A stretch of DNA of 64,000 nucleotides from an uncultured Methanosarcinales archaeon (GCA_964353335.1 CAYGVI010000003.1:263085-327084); one strand, 5' to 3'. Counted from the stretch's first letter, positions 18,634 to 28,803 are shown. Numbers and translations are program-made. The notes: generated by a model from the sequence alone, not told the origin.

Positions 18634-19557
18634 TCATTGTTGAAGTGCAGGCAGTAGTTTCACCTGCGTTGTTTTGCTTGCAATGTAGCCGTAATCAAGC
18701 GCGACTGAGAGCGGGGCAGTGTATGTTCCAAGCCTTGAGTCAATCCCCTCTTCCACCCGGCAGATGACTTTTGTCTCGCCCTGCGGCTTTATCTTGACTG
18801 TCTGGGGCGCGCAGGTCATTGGGCTGTCAGAGAGAACTGCGCCTACAGAAACAACATTCCATCCTCCTTCTCCAAGGGACCGTCCTGAGCACGCGTCGCG
18901 GTAGAGCGGGGATGATACAATCTGTCCGCTTCCCTGGTTCTTGAGAGTGAGTGTGAATTCAGGTATTACCCTGCCTGGCATTTCATGCGGCATCATCCTC
19001 TGGTCAACTGTTGCGACAGCGACAGGTGCGCCCTGCCCCTGCGGGAATGACTGCGCTTTTGCCGTGCAGACCTTGTCTGTTTTCTTTCCTGTTAGGTCTG
19101 TGTCTATGCATACTATTATTGCAGCGTTGGTAACATAGGGATAGCAGGCATTGAATGTGATTGTGGTCGTGTAGCCCTGCAGTTGCGGCCCAAGCGCCTT
19201 TGTGGTGAATGGCAGGTTGACCTGCGTCTCCATTCCCTGCGGTATGAATTCTGACTTGCCCCTGACAATAAACCTGCCCTGCTGCTTGGGGGTGTAAAGG
19301 TATTGGGGCTCATAGCTGATTGAGAAAACCCCTTCGTCAACATCTGTTGCGCCGAGGTTTGAGAGTGTTGTGAGCATTGTGAACTTGCTGTTCTCATAAA
19401 CTTCAGGCGGAGGGGAATAAGGGGTGAAATAAATTTCAACTCCCTGGTTTCCCACTTTCACTTCAGGCAGCGACATTGTGCTTTTGCTCTGGAAAAGCCC
19501 GTACTGGCAGCCTGCGAGCAGGAGCATAATCATTGCCAGAGTGAGTGTTTTTTTCAT
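18634..19557 (-). CDS. Secreted lipoprotein, paralog family member 3 (hypothetical)
   Basis: 'MKKTLTLAMIMLLLAGC' lipobox; 307 aa; stop overlaps the downstream paralog start. Confidence 0.55.
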   Translation of the reverse strand: MKKTLTLAMIMLLLAGCQYGLFQSKSTMSLPEVKVGNQGVEIYFTPYSPPPEVYENSKFTMLTTLSNLGATDVDEGVFSISYEPQYLYTPKQQGRFIVRGKSEFIPQGMETQVNLPFTTKALGPQLQGYTTTITFNACYPYVTNAAIIVCIDTDLTGKKTDKVCTAKAQSFPQGQGAPVAVATVDQRMMPHEMPGRVIPEFTLTLKNQGSGQIVSSPLYRDACSGRSLGEGGWNVVSVGAVLSDSPMTCAPQTVKIKPQGETKVICRVEEGIDSRLGTYTAPLSVALDYGYIASKTTQVKLLPALQQ

Positions 19558-21107
19558 ACCGTTGCCTGCGGTTGTGATTCCCGCACTGTTGCGCTTGTTG
19601 TGCGCTCAAGCCTGTAGCGGTATTGCACGCTTGCCTTGAAGTTCTGCACTCCAAGAGGCGCCTTGCCAAGCACTTTTTCAGAGTTTTCAATATCAATCGG
19701 GATGCGGAATGTCTTCATTGTGAGGTTTTTGTAAATTGCCTTTGAAAGCTCTTCTGTTGTTAGCGCGTAAACCTTTACAAGGGTGTCATCGCATGTTGCG
19801 CGCTCTTCTTCAGCCATGGCATCGCAGCTTGACTCAGTTATGCCAACACCTTCAATATTGGCAATCTTCAGCCCTGCAGGAATTATTATGAACACATTTG
19901 TTAGGTCAAGCACTTTTCCTTCCCACGCATTCTCAATTGTGAGCCCAAGGCTTGACAGCGGGTCTCCTGATGCTCCAATTGCAACAGGCTGCTGGCCGAT
20001 TGACATTCCAATGCGCACAGGCCCTGATGTGTAAATTGCAATGGGGCTCTTATCAGGGATGTTTGCAAGAGGGTCAACATTCTGCCGCCTGTACTCCTTC
20101 AGCCTTTCCATGTCAATCATGTATGCCTTGAGGTATGCTCTTGTTGTGAATTCAAATTCAGACCTTAGCCTCAAGGTGTGGCTGCCTTTTGGAAGTACTC
20201 CCTTGTTCCATACACAGTCAATGTCATACTGGTCTGAAGTCAGGACTGAGAATGACTCTTTTGGGCGCACCATGCTTGCAGTGGTGTTTGAGTCTGCGTC
20301 GCACAGGATGTTTATGTTGAGCTCTTTGTCAATTGTTTCTGCTTTCATCGTGGCATATGCCATTACCGGAGTGTTGTCGTAAAATATTGGCTCAGAAGTC
20401 CTGAAGTTTTCAAGATAAACCCCAAGCCTTTTCTTTGCTGCAGTGTCAACCTGGCCTGTGTAATAATCCCCTGTTGCCATTCTGTAAGAGCGGGTTGCTT
20501 CCTCTGCAAACATTGATGTTGTTTTTTGACCGTAGGTTATCAGGTTTGTCCAGCCTTCCTGCGCTTTTTCCCAGGAATAGCTTAACACCATGCTCGGGCT
20601 CAGGCTGTTTGGCATTGGATAGCCGCTTTCCTGTGCGTATTGCTGGATGTTTGGGAAAAGCATGAACATGACTATGAAAAACCAGAGGATTGTGTAGCTG
20701 AGTGAGAACCAGGTTGGCGCTGCCTGGGTTGCGAATACGACTGCGAGCAGCCAGAATGGCGCGATTATCATCATTATTGCCGCGAGGTATTTTATTGCAG
20801 GGAAATAATTCGGGGCTATTGACCAAAGAGGGCCCCAGACATAGGCAATGAGCGCGATGATTACAAGGCTTTTTGTGCCGACATCCTTGAATGCCTCTAG
20901 CTTGTTTGCGATTAAAAAGACAACGCCATAAAAGAAAGCGAACCCGAGCCACAGCCCAGGGCTTCCAGAGTTTCCTCCAATCGGGAAAGGCAGTGTGCCA
21001 TAGCGTACGAAACAGTCAAAAAAATGCAAAAGAATAACCAATCCCAGGAAACCTGTCAGTGACTTTCCTCCTGACAAAGGAGTTCCTGCGGGGGCAGGCA
21101 TTTTCAC
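19554..21107 (-). CDS. Large polytopic membrane protein (hypothetical) with extracytoplasmic C-terminal domain
   Basis: 517 aa; ~6-8 TM helices in the N-terminal half, soluble C-terminal domain; translationally coupled with flanking genes. Confidence 0.55.
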   Translation of the reverse strand: MKMPAPAGTPLSGGKSLTGFLGLVILLHFFDCFVRYGTLPFPIGGNSGSPGLWLGFAFFYGVVFLIANKLEAFKDVGTKSLVIIALIAYVWGPLWSIAPNYFPAIKYLAAIMMIIAPFWLLAVVFATQAAPTWFSLSYTILWFFIVMFMLFPNIQQYAQESGYPMPNSLSPSMVLSYSWEKAQEGWTNLITYGQKTTSMFAEEATRSYRMATGDYYTGQVDTAAKKRLGVYLENFRTSEPIFYDNTPVMAYATMKAETIDKELNINILCDADSNTTASMVRPKESFSVLTSDQYDIDCVWNKGVLPKGSHTLRLRSEFEFTTRAYLKAYMIDMERLKEYRRQNVDPLANIPDKSPIAIYTSGPVRIGMSIGQQPVAIGASGDPLSSLGLTIENAWEGKVLDLTNVFIIIPAGLKIANIEGVGITESSCDAMAEEERATCDDTLVKVYALTTEELSKAIYKNLTMKTFRIPIDIENSEKVLGKAPLGVQNFKASVQYRYRLERTTSATVRESQPQATV

Positions 21108-22303
21108 TCCACCCGCACATCAACGCTGATTATGTTGAGGTCAGCCATTGGTTCTATTCCGATGAAGTTGTTTCCGTCCCTGACCACTTCTGAGATGTCG
21201 CGCCCGAACTTGGGCGCTTTCTGCGAGAGCACATCAAGCCTTCCATTCACATTGGTCTGGGCTTCCTTCAGCTGCCCGTCATCCACAAACTCAATCTCAA
21301 GTATTGCGTGCGCCTTTCCTGTTACGATTGCGTTGAAGACTTCTGGCTTGATAAAGAAGAAATCAGAATATCCCTTTGTGGGCTTGACAAATGTCTTTAT
21401 CTTTATCTGCTCTATGCGCGCATTGCCTGAAGCGAGCCTGAAGCCGAGAGTGTTCTTTCCTGCTGCAAAGTCCTCCTTGAAGAGGTCCTCGCGCCCTGGG
21501 TTTTCGCATACAGGGACTGCAGAGTAAATCACTTTTCCATTAAGTGTTATGTCAAGCACTCCGACAGTGTTCTGGTCGCAAATAGGGTAGAATCCAAGGT
21601 ATGCTGTCTCAATGTTCTGGTGCTCTGCTTCAGGGATGCTGAACGCGTTTGCCGCCTGCTGTTTCTTGAGGTCGGTTATTTCGCCGATTATCTTCACGTC
21701 CTCCATATTGTACTGGCGCTTGAATATGAGCCCAAAGCCCCACACCTGGAATTCAACAGAGTTTTCTGTCTTCAGCAATCCCCTTGGTATTGGTATTGGG
21801 TTTGGATTCTGCACATTGATTGTATTCTCAAATACAGGAACACCATTGAATATTATTTTCAGCCTTCCACGCCTTATTGGCGTCTGGAATATGAGGAAGA
21901 CATTGTCAACGCTTTCAAGGTCAGATATGTAGAAGCTGACATTCCTGAACTGCCTGCTGAACCATCCTTTCTTAATGATAAATGGCGGAGCGTCTGCCAT
22001 TACTTTTGCCTGGCGTTCCTCTGAAAGCAAAATGTTTGGGATGACGTGCTGGAATTCTGTCTGGCCGACAAATGCCAGCCTGCCTGGCGCTCCCTTGAAG
22101 ATTGTTTCGCCGCCTTCAGGAATTACCCCGGGCACGACTCCTTCCTGGTCTTCCTGCAGTAATTCCTTGCGCTCTGCCGGAGGGAGGAAAAGGATATAGA
22201 ATATTATCAGGAGGGTGATAATGCCAACCAGTGTCGATGCTGCTGAACCGCTTGCCTGTCCGCGTTTTCTCACTTTATTCACCTTCTTTTTGTAAACAAG
22301 CAA
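21104..22303 (-). CDS. N-terminally membrane-anchored extracellular protein (hypothetical)
   Basis: 399 aa; basic N-terminus then TM 'LVGIITLLIIFYILFL'; first gene of the 5-gene minus-strand operon. Confidence 0.5.
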   Translation of the reverse strand: MLVYKKKVNKVRKRGQASGSAASTLVGIITLLIIFYILFLPPAERKELLQEDQEGVVPGVIPEGGETIFKGAPGRLAFVGQTEFQHVIPNILLSEERQAKVMADAPPFIIKKGWFSRQFRNVSFYISDLESVDNVFLIFQTPIRRGRLKIIFNGVPVFENTINVQNPNPIPIPRGLLKTENSVEFQVWGFGLIFKRQYNMEDVKIIGEITDLKKQQAANAFSIPEAEHQNIETAYLGFYPICDQNTVGVLDITLNGKVIYSAVPVCENPGREDLFKEDFAAGKNTLGFRLASGNARIEQIKIKTFVKPTKGYSDFFFIKPEVFNAIVTGKAHAILEIEFVDDGQLKEAQTNVNGRLDVLSQKAPKFGRDISEVVRDGNNFIGIEPMADLNIISVDVRVE

Positions 22304-22395
22304 ATTCGTACATATATAAATGTATTGCCCTGTTTTACCGCAACCTTTTTAAGCACCGTTCACTACTTTTTAGTTAGAATACAGGGGGATTTGGT

Positions 22396-22899
22396 ATGAA
22401 ACCGCTTCGACTGCTTGCACTTGCAATTGTGATGGTTCTTTCAGCTTTCAGTGTTTCTGCGTATTATTATGCAGACGACTATTATGACAATTATTATCCT
22501 GCTTATGGCAATGATTACAGCAGCTCATATTCGCGCTCCTCTAATTCAGAGAGTGTGAGCGTCCGCGAGTCAGAGAGTGAAAGGTCCTCAAGCTCCAGCT
22601 CAAGGTATTATCCAAGGCAGAGCACAAGTTATTCGCGCTCAAGGGATTTTTCATTCTCAAGAAGCTCTGAGTCAGAAAGCGAGAGCGCGAGTTATGATTC
22701 TGGCTACAATTATCCTTCAAGCCGTTATTATTATGATGGCATTGATTACCGCTATCCGTATTATGATGCAGGCACAAATTACGGCTATGATTACCGGCCG
22801 TTCTCAGACTATTATGAGTATGGGTACACAAGCCCATACTACAACAGGTACTCAGGTGTGGGCTCGTATTCAAAATATCCGCCATATGGCTATTACTGA
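22396..22899 (+). CDS. Secreted Tyr/Ser/Asp-rich low-complexity protein
   Basis: 167 aa; Sec signal 'MKPLRLLALAIVMVLSAFSVSA', then YY/DY dipeptide repeats, SESESES acidic poly-Ser, ~26% Tyr. Confidence 0.5.
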   Translation: MKPLRLLALAIVMVLSAFSVSAYYYADDYYDNYYPAYGNDYSSSYSRSSNSESVSVRESESERSSSSSSRYYPRQSTSYSRSRDFSFSRSSESESESASYDSGYNYPSSRYYYDGIDYRYPYYDAGTNYGYDYRPFSDYYEYGYTSPYYNRYSGVGSYSKYPPYGYY

Positions 22900-22901
22900 A
22901 A

Positions 22902-23534
22902 ATGAAAAAGCTCGCATTGTTAGTACTTGTAGCAGTCCTGTCTATTGAGCTAGCATCAGCAAAAGTTTTCTTTTATGATGACGAAGTTGATTACAGGAGC
23001 AATGTCGGCTATGCATTAAGCAATCCTTGGAAAGGCATTGACCTTGATGTTGTTGGCGACTTTGACAACTATAACTGCATCTCTGCTGATGACTACAACA
23101 GGCGTGCAAACTCAAACTCCTATGATGCCAATGATGAGCTTAACGCGAGGACTGCATCATCAAGCGACCTGAAAAAAATTCGAAGAGCAGACCAGCTTGC
23201 AATCGCAGACGAAAATCCTTATGATGGCATTGACCGAGATGACTTTGACAATTATAATGACTGGAACTGCTACACTCTCAAGGACTATAATTCTCTTGCA
23301 AGGCAAAATCCTTATGACAGCAAGCGCGTTGTTGACTTCACTCACTTTGATGACATTTACGAAGTCCAGGAAATCGGCAAGTACAGGTATAACAATTTCT
23401 TCCAGCCAGACGACTTCAACAAGTTCAACCTGCAGTACACGCAGGCAAGGCAGCCATACTACGAGCCATATGATTACAGGGATTCTCCATACCCATTGTA
23501 CGGTTATGGCATTGTGCGCCGTGAAGATTATTAA
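22902..23534 (+). CDS. Secreted Asp/Asn/Tyr-rich repeat protein
   Basis: 210 aa; Sec signal 'MKKLALLVLVAVLSIELASA'; internal ~36-aa repeats 'NPxxGIDxDxxxDFDNYNxxxCxxxDYN'. Confidence 0.5.
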   Translation: MKKLALLVLVAVLSIELASAKVFFYDDEVDYRSNVGYALSNPWKGIDLDVVGDFDNYNCISADDYNRRANSNSYDANDELNARTASSSDLKKIRRADQLAIADENPYDGIDRDDFDNYNDWNCYTLKDYNSLARQNPYDSKRVVDFTHFDDIYEVQEIGKYRYNNFFQPDDFNKFNLQYTQARQPYYEPYDYRDSPYPLYGYGIVRREDY

Positions 23535-23542
23535 ACCACCTT

Positions 23543-24607
23543 GTGTTCTTGCGTTTTATGAAGCAGCTTGCATTAAAGCTCAAGCAGGGAGAGGCAAAAG
23601 TATTAGTTGAAAACCCAGATGACTTGTGGTTTCTCAACAATATTATTGACAAGGGAGACCAGATTAAGGGAAAGACACTGCGCAAGCTTAAGGTGAATGA
23701 AGAGGCTTCTGCTGAGAGAAAGAAAGTTTTTCTCGCCATACAGGTTGAGAAAGTTGAGTTCACAGCAACAGAGCTGAGGGTTGCAGGAAAAGTCACAGAA
23801 GGTCCTGAGGATGTTCCGAAAGGCAGCTATCACACTTTCTCAGTCGAGGTTGGAAGCACAATCACAATAATCAAGACTGAATGGCTCGGCTACCAGCTTG
23901 ATTATCTCAAGGAAGCAACAACAGCAAAGGTGCCGAAGATTGTTCTTTGCGTTTTTGACCGCGAGGAGGCATTGTTTGCAAAGCTCACGCGCGACGGCTA
24001 TGAGATGCTGACAACAATCAAGGGCAAGGTCGCGAAGAAATCAGTTCCTGAAAAAGTAAAGGAAACATTTTACGAGAGCATTATTGAACAGCTTGAGCAG
24101 TATGACAAGCGGTTTGAGCTTGACAAAATAATAGTCGCGAGCCCTGCATTTTGGAAAGAGGACTTGTACAAGGTTCTTGGCAACCAGAAATTAAAGGAAA
24201 AAATAATCCAGGCAACGTGCTCTGGTGTTGACGAAACAGCAATCGCAGAAGTCCTGAAAAGAAAAGAAACACAGGAAGCACTGCGACAGGAGCGTGTCAG
24301 CAGGGAAATGTCAATTGTTGAGGAATTGTTCAGCAAAATCGCAAAACAGGGTCCAGCAGCTTACGGCATGAAAGAAACAGCAATTGCCGCAGAAGCAGGC
24401 GCAGTGGAGCACTTGTTAGTCACAGACAAGATTATCCAAAAAGCGCGCGAAGCAGACAGGTTTGCAGCGCTTGACAAAATAATGAAGCAGGTTGACCGCG
24501 CCAAGGGAAAGGTGTGGATTGTCTCGACAGAGCACGAGGGCGGCAAGCGCCTGGAAGGGCTTGGCGGCATTGGAGCAATACTGAGATACAAGATGTCATG
24601 GGAATAG
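23543..24607 (+). CDS. pelA: Pelota/Dom34 mRNA surveillance factor (aPelota)
   Basis: 354 aa; N-terminal 'VLVENPDDLWFLNNIIDKGDQIKGKTLRK' Sm-like domain, eRF1-like central and C-terminal domains. Confidence 0.85.
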   Translation: MFLRFMKQLALKLKQGEAKVLVENPDDLWFLNNIIDKGDQIKGKTLRKLKVNEEASAERKKVFLAIQVEKVEFTATELRVAGKVTEGPEDVPKGSYHTFSVEVGSTITIIKTEWLGYQLDYLKEATTAKVPKIVLCVFDREEALFAKLTRDGYEMLTTIKGKVAKKSVPEKVKETFYESIIEQLEQYDKRFELDKIIVASPAFWKEDLYKVLGNQKLKEKIIQATCSGVDETAIAEVLKRKETQEALRQERVSREMSIVEELFSKIAKQGPAAYGMKETAIAAEAGAVEHLLVTDKIIQKAREADRFAALDKIMKQVDRAKGKVWIVSTEHEGGKRLEGLGGIGAILRYKMSWE

Positions 24608-24768
24608 TGCATAATCTGATTCTCGACCACAACAATCATTATATACAAGCACCCCAAATTGAGTACTAGGGAGTAAATATCCCCCTTGTGCGGTGGTTAA
24701 AATCGTAACATTTTAATACCCGCCTTGATTTACCCCAGTCACATAACAACAAAAGGGGGGAGGTAAGT

Positions 24769-25572
24769 ATGATTGTCAAAGAAGAATTTTTGAGCAAGCT
24801 CCGTCGATATTTCTCATTGAACCTCTATGAGGTCAAGATTTGGACGGCGCTTCTTTCCCGTGGTGTTGCAACCGCAGGGGAGCTTTCTGACATTGCAAAC
24901 GTTCCAAGGTCAAGGAGCTATGACGTCCTTGAGAGCCTTGAGCGCAAGGGATTTGTTATAATGAAGCTCGGCAAGCCAATCAAGTACATTGCGGTTCCAC
25001 CGCAGGAAGTGCTTGAGCGTGTCAAGAAGAACATGAAAGAAGAGGCAGACGAAAAAGTCAAGCGCCTCGAGCAGCTCAAAACAACAGATGTCCTCAACGA
25101 GCTTAACCTGCTCCACACGCAGGGAATCGAGCTTATCGAGCCTGCAGACCTTTCAGGTTCGCTGCGCGGACGGCACAACCTCTACTCGCACCTCGAGCTT
25201 ACCATCAGGAACGCCGAGAAGAGCGTGACCATAATGACAACCTCACAGGGCTTCCTCAGGAAAGTTGAAGGCCTGAAGCCGGTCTTTGAGAAGCTGAAGC
25301 GAAAGGGAGTCAAGGTCCGCATCGCAGCCCCGCTGACAAAGGAGACAAAGGATGCATTGAAGGACGTCTCTGAAGTCGCAGAGGTCAGGCACACTGATTC
25401 CAAGGCAAGGTTTGTCGTTGTTGACGGCAAAGACATCGTGTTCATGATTCTGGACGACAAGGAAGTCCACCCGACGTATGACGTCGGAATATGGGTCAAC
25501 ACGCCGTTCTTCGCGTCCGCAGTAGAGAACCTGTTCGACACTGCCTGGAAGAACATGAAGCCAGGCAAGTAA
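24769..25572 (+). CDS. TrmB-family transcriptional regulator, paralog 2
   Basis: 267 aa; a 38-aa stretch identical to the 1851..2654 protein in the wHTH; conserved C-terminal 'ARFVV(I/V)DGK...HP(S/T)YD.G.WVNT.FFA'; RBS 'aagggggg aggt'. Confidence 0.75.
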   Translation: MIVKEEFLSKLRRYFSLNLYEVKIWTALLSRGVATAGELSDIANVPRSRSYDVLESLERKGFVIMKLGKPIKYIAVPPQEVLERVKKNMKEEADEKVKRLEQLKTTDVLNELNLLHTQGIELIEPADLSGSLRGRHNLYSHLELTIRNAEKSVTIMTTSQGFLRKVEGLKPVFEKLKRKGVKVRIAAPLTKETKDALKDVSEVAEVRHTDSKARFVVVDGKDIVFMILDDKEVHPTYDVGIWVNTPFFASAVENLFDTAWKNMKPGK

Positions 25573-25617
25573 ATGGGCGTGTTTTCTTTTTTTTTCTTGC
25601 AATTTTCCAGGTAGCAC

Positions 25618-27150
25618 ATGAACCTAGACAAGCTCGCACAAAGCTTGCACCCGCTGGAACGCAAGGTGCTTCCGGTACTGGATAAGCACACAACGGTTCC
25701 TGCGATATGCACGGCCACAGGATTGAAAGATGTTGAGGTAGTCAGGGCTTTGCAGTGGCTTGAGAACCGCAAGGCAGTCAAGGTTGACATTTCTTCAAAT
25801 GAGGTTGTTGTTCTGGACAAGAATGGCGAGCTGTACAAAAAGCAGGGATTGCCAGAGCGCAGGTTCCTGCAGGCGCTTGGCGACAAGGAGCTTGGCGTTG
25901 ACAAAATCTGCGACAAGGCAAAGCTTTCCCGCGACGAGCTTAACATCTGCCTCGGGCTGCTCAGGAGAAAGGCGCTTATCAACATTTCCCAGGACAAGGG
26001 GCTGAAGATAAAGCTCACAGACCAGGGAAAGGCTGCGCTGAAAAAAGAATTCCTTGAGGAAGCATTCCTGATAAAGGATTTTCCGCTTCACGTGAACTCC
26101 CTTGCAGCAGAGGAAAAGGCAACACTGCAGGCATTGCGCCAGAGAAAGGCGATTGTGCGCGTTGACCAGCAGAAAACAAAGGCAGTCACCCTGCTTCCAA
26201 TGGGCAGGCAGCTGCTCGAGCTTGGTGTCCGCGATGAAAAAATCATTGATTCACTTTCTCCGCAGATAATTTTGTCAGGCGAATGGAAGAAAAAGCCGAT
26301 AAGGCGTTACGATGTAGCAATACAGGTTCCGAAGATTGCAGGCGGAAGAAGGCATTTTGTCAGCGACGCAATCAACAACATGAAGCAGATATGGCGGGAA
26401 ATGGGATTCAGCGAGATGACTGGCTCGATTGTTCAGTCAGCATTCTGGAACATGGATGCACTGTATATCCCGCAGGACCATCCCGCAAGGGAAATGCAGG
26501 ACACTTTCTACTTGAAGAAGCCGAACAAGGCATTGCTGCCAAAGGAGTTTGTAAATGACATCAAGGCAGTGCACGAATACGGCGGAAAAACAGGAAGCAC
26601 AGGCTGGCAGCAGCCCTGGAGCGAGGAAAAGGCAAAAGACCTCCTCCTGAGGACGCACAGCACAGTCCTCAGCGCTCAGGCAATCTCGCGCCTTACAGAG
26701 GCAGACCTTCCTGCAAAATTCTTCAGCGTTGTCAAAGTCTTCCGAAATGAAACCCTTGACTGGAAGCACTTATTTGAGTTCTACCAGGTTGAGGGAATTG
26801 TTATTGACCCAAAGGCAAACCTTTCAAATCTGCAGGGTTATCTTAAGGAATTTTTTGCAAAGCTCGGATTCAAGAACATCAGGCTCAGGCCGTCATATTT
26901 CCCATACACAGAGCCCTCAATGGAAGTTGATGTCTGGCATCCTGTAAGGAATGAGTGGGTTGAGCTTGGCGGCTCAGGAATTTTCCGCCCTGAAGTTGTT
27001 GAGCCATTGCTTGGAAAGGCAGTGCCTGTGCTTGCGTGGGGCTTGGGAATGGAGCGCATAATCACGGATTATTACAAAATCACAGACCTTCGCGATGTTT
27101 ACAAGAATGATGTCCAGCAATTGCGCGAAGCAAAGCTCTTGGTGAAATAA
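25618..27150 (+). CDS. pheS: Phenylalanyl-tRNA synthetase alpha subunit (archaeal type)
   Basis: 510 aa; N-terminal wH repeats, class II catalytic core with 'FRNETLDWKHLFEFYQVEG' (motif 2) and 'GSGIFRPEVVEPLLG...AWGLGMERI' (motif 3). Confidence 0.9.
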   Translation: MNLDKLAQSLHPLERKVLPVLDKHTTVPAICTATGLKDVEVVRALQWLENRKAVKVDISSNEVVVLDKNGELYKKQGLPERRFLQALGDKELGVDKICDKAKLSRDELNICLGLLRRKALINISQDKGLKIKLTDQGKAALKKEFLEEAFLIKDFPLHVNSLAAEEKATLQALRQRKAIVRVDQQKTKAVTLLPMGRQLLELGVRDEKIIDSLSPQIILSGEWKKKPIRRYDVAIQVPKIAGGRRHFVSDAINNMKQIWREMGFSEMTGSIVQSAFWNMDALYIPQDHPAREMQDTFYLKKPNKALLPKEFVNDIKAVHEYGGKTGSTGWQQPWSEEKAKDLLLRTHSTVLSAQAISRLTEADLPAKFFSVVKVFRNETLDWKHLFEFYQVEGIVIDPKANLSNLQGYLKEFFAKLGFKNIRLRPSYFPYTEPSMEVDVWHPVRNEWVELGGSGIFRPEVVEPLLGKAVPVLAWGLGMERIITDYYKITDLRDVYKNDVQQLREAKLLVK

Positions 27151-28803
27151 ATGTCAGCAATAACAGTCAACAAAAAGGAACTTTTGCACCTTGTTGGGAA
27201 AAAGTTGAGCGACAAGGAGATAGAAGACAGGCTTTCAATGATGGGCGCCCCTGTTGACGCAGTGCTTGAGACAGAACTTGAGGTTGATGTTTCTCCAAAC
27301 AGGCCTGACTGGCTCAGCGAACAGGGATTGGCAAGGTCATTAAGCTCTTTTGTCGGTGCAAAGACCGGGCTGAAGCAGTACAAGGTGGCAAAAGAGCGCT
27401 TCCAGGTTGTTGTTGACAAGGCAGTGCACTCTGTCCGCCCTTACACTGCCTGCGCTGTTGTCAGGGGATTGAAGCTTGATGATGAAAAAATCAGGGAAAT
27501 AATTCAGGTGCAGGAAAAACTGCACATGACTTTCTGCAGGAACCGCAAGAAAGCGGCAATTGGAATTTATCCGCTTGAAAAAATCCAGTTCCCAATCACT
27601 TACACTGCGAAAAAGCCGCAGGAAATTGTTTTTATCCCGCTTGAAAGCACCAGGGAAATGAATGCCAGCCAAATGCTTGCCCAGCACCCGACAGGAAGGG
27701 CTTATGCGCATTTGCTTGAAGGCCAGTCAAAGTTCCCTGTTTTTATTGACGGAAAAGGGCAGGTGCTCAGCGTTCCTCCGATTATCAATTCGCAGCTTAC
27801 TGGCAAGGTTGAGGCTACAACAAAGGATGTTTTCATTGAATGCTCTGGATTTGACCTGCGCATACTGAAGATTTTGCTTAACATCATTGTGACAATGCTT
27901 GCTGACATGGGCGGAAGGATTGTTTCTGTTGACGTGAAGTACGCAAAGAAAATTACCACCCCTGATTTGTCTCCAAGAAAGATGAAAATCGACATTGACG
28001 CAATTAGCAGCCTTATCGGAATTGAATTGAAAGAAGCTGAGCTCAAGAAACTGCTTGAGAGGATGGGCTTTGGCTACCAGAACAAGCAGGTTTTGATTCC
28101 TGCCTGGCGCGCAGACATAATGCACATTGTTGACATTGCAGAGGATGTTGCGATTGCGTACGGCTACAATAACATAAAGCCTGAAATTCCGCAGGTCGCG
28201 ACAATCGGCTCGCTTGACGCATTCAATGATTTCAAGGAAATTGTTGCCAACTTCCTTGTCGGGCTTGGAATGCTTGAGGCGCACACTTATCACATCACAA
28301 ATGTTCCTGTGCAGACAAAGGCAATGAACTGCAATGCAGAAGTGATTGAGCTTGCGAATGCCCTGACTCCTGATTACAATGCATTGCGCGCATGGATGCT
28401 TCCTTCCCTAATGGAAGTGCTCAAGGTCAACAAGATGAAGGATTATCCGCAGAAATTATTCACCATGGGAACAGTGTTCTCCCCAAATCCAAAGACTCCG
28501 ACACAGGTTGAGGAAATCACAAAAATGGCAGTTGTTTCTGCGCAGCCAAAGGCAGACTACACCGACATAAGGCAGATTCTTGAATATCTTTTCAGGGCTC
28601 TCGGGCTGAATGTTTCTTTTGAGGAAACAGAGCACTCAAGTTTTGTTTCGGGCAGGGCTGCTCAGGTAAAGCTTGACAACCACGCGATTGCAACAATCGG
28701 CGAAGTCCATCCGCAGGTCATAACTAACTTCGGATTGGAAATGCCTGTTGCTGCAGCAGAGATAAACCTGACAGAATTATTTTTTCACCTGAAAAAAGTT
28801 TAG
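27151..28803 (+). CDS. pheT: Phenylalanyl-tRNA synthetase beta subunit (archaeal type)
   Basis: 550 aa; B3/4 and B5 domains; starts 1 nt after the pheS stop; archaeal two-gene pheST arrangement. Confidence 0.9.
   Translation: MSAITVNKKELLHLVGKKLSDKEIEDRLSMMGAPVDAVLETELEVDVSPNRPDWLSEQGLARSLSSFVGAKTGLKQYKVAKERFQVVVDKAVHSVRPYTACAVVRGLKLDDEKIREIIQVQEKLHMTFCRNRKKAAIGIYPLEKIQFPITYTAKKPQEIVFIPLESTREMNASQMLAQHPTGRAYAHLLEGQSKFPVFIDGKGQVLSVPPIINSQLTGKVEATTKDVFIECSGFDLRILKILLNIIVTMLADMGGRIVSVDVKYAKKITTPDLSPRKMKIDIDAISSLIGIELKEAELKKLLERMGFGYQNKQVLIPAWRADIMHIVDIAEDVAIAYGYNNIKPEIPQVATIGSLDAFNDFKEIVANFLVGLGMLEAHTYHITNVPVQTKAMNCNAEVIELANALTPDYNALRAWMLPSLMEVLKVNKMKDYPQKLFTMGTVFSPNPKTPTQVEEITKMAVVSAQPKADYTDIRQILEYLFRALGLNVSFEETEHSSFVSGRAAQVKLDNHAIATIGEVHPQVITNFGLEMPVAAAEINLTELFFHLKKV

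Noticed and set aside
22541-22948. ORFs 22541..22885 (-) and 22577..22948 (+) overlapping the Tyr/Ser-rich gene
   Set aside because: They are alternative-frame readings of the repetitive, codon-biased sequence. The + frame starting at 22396 has the signal peptide and a coherent repeat structure.
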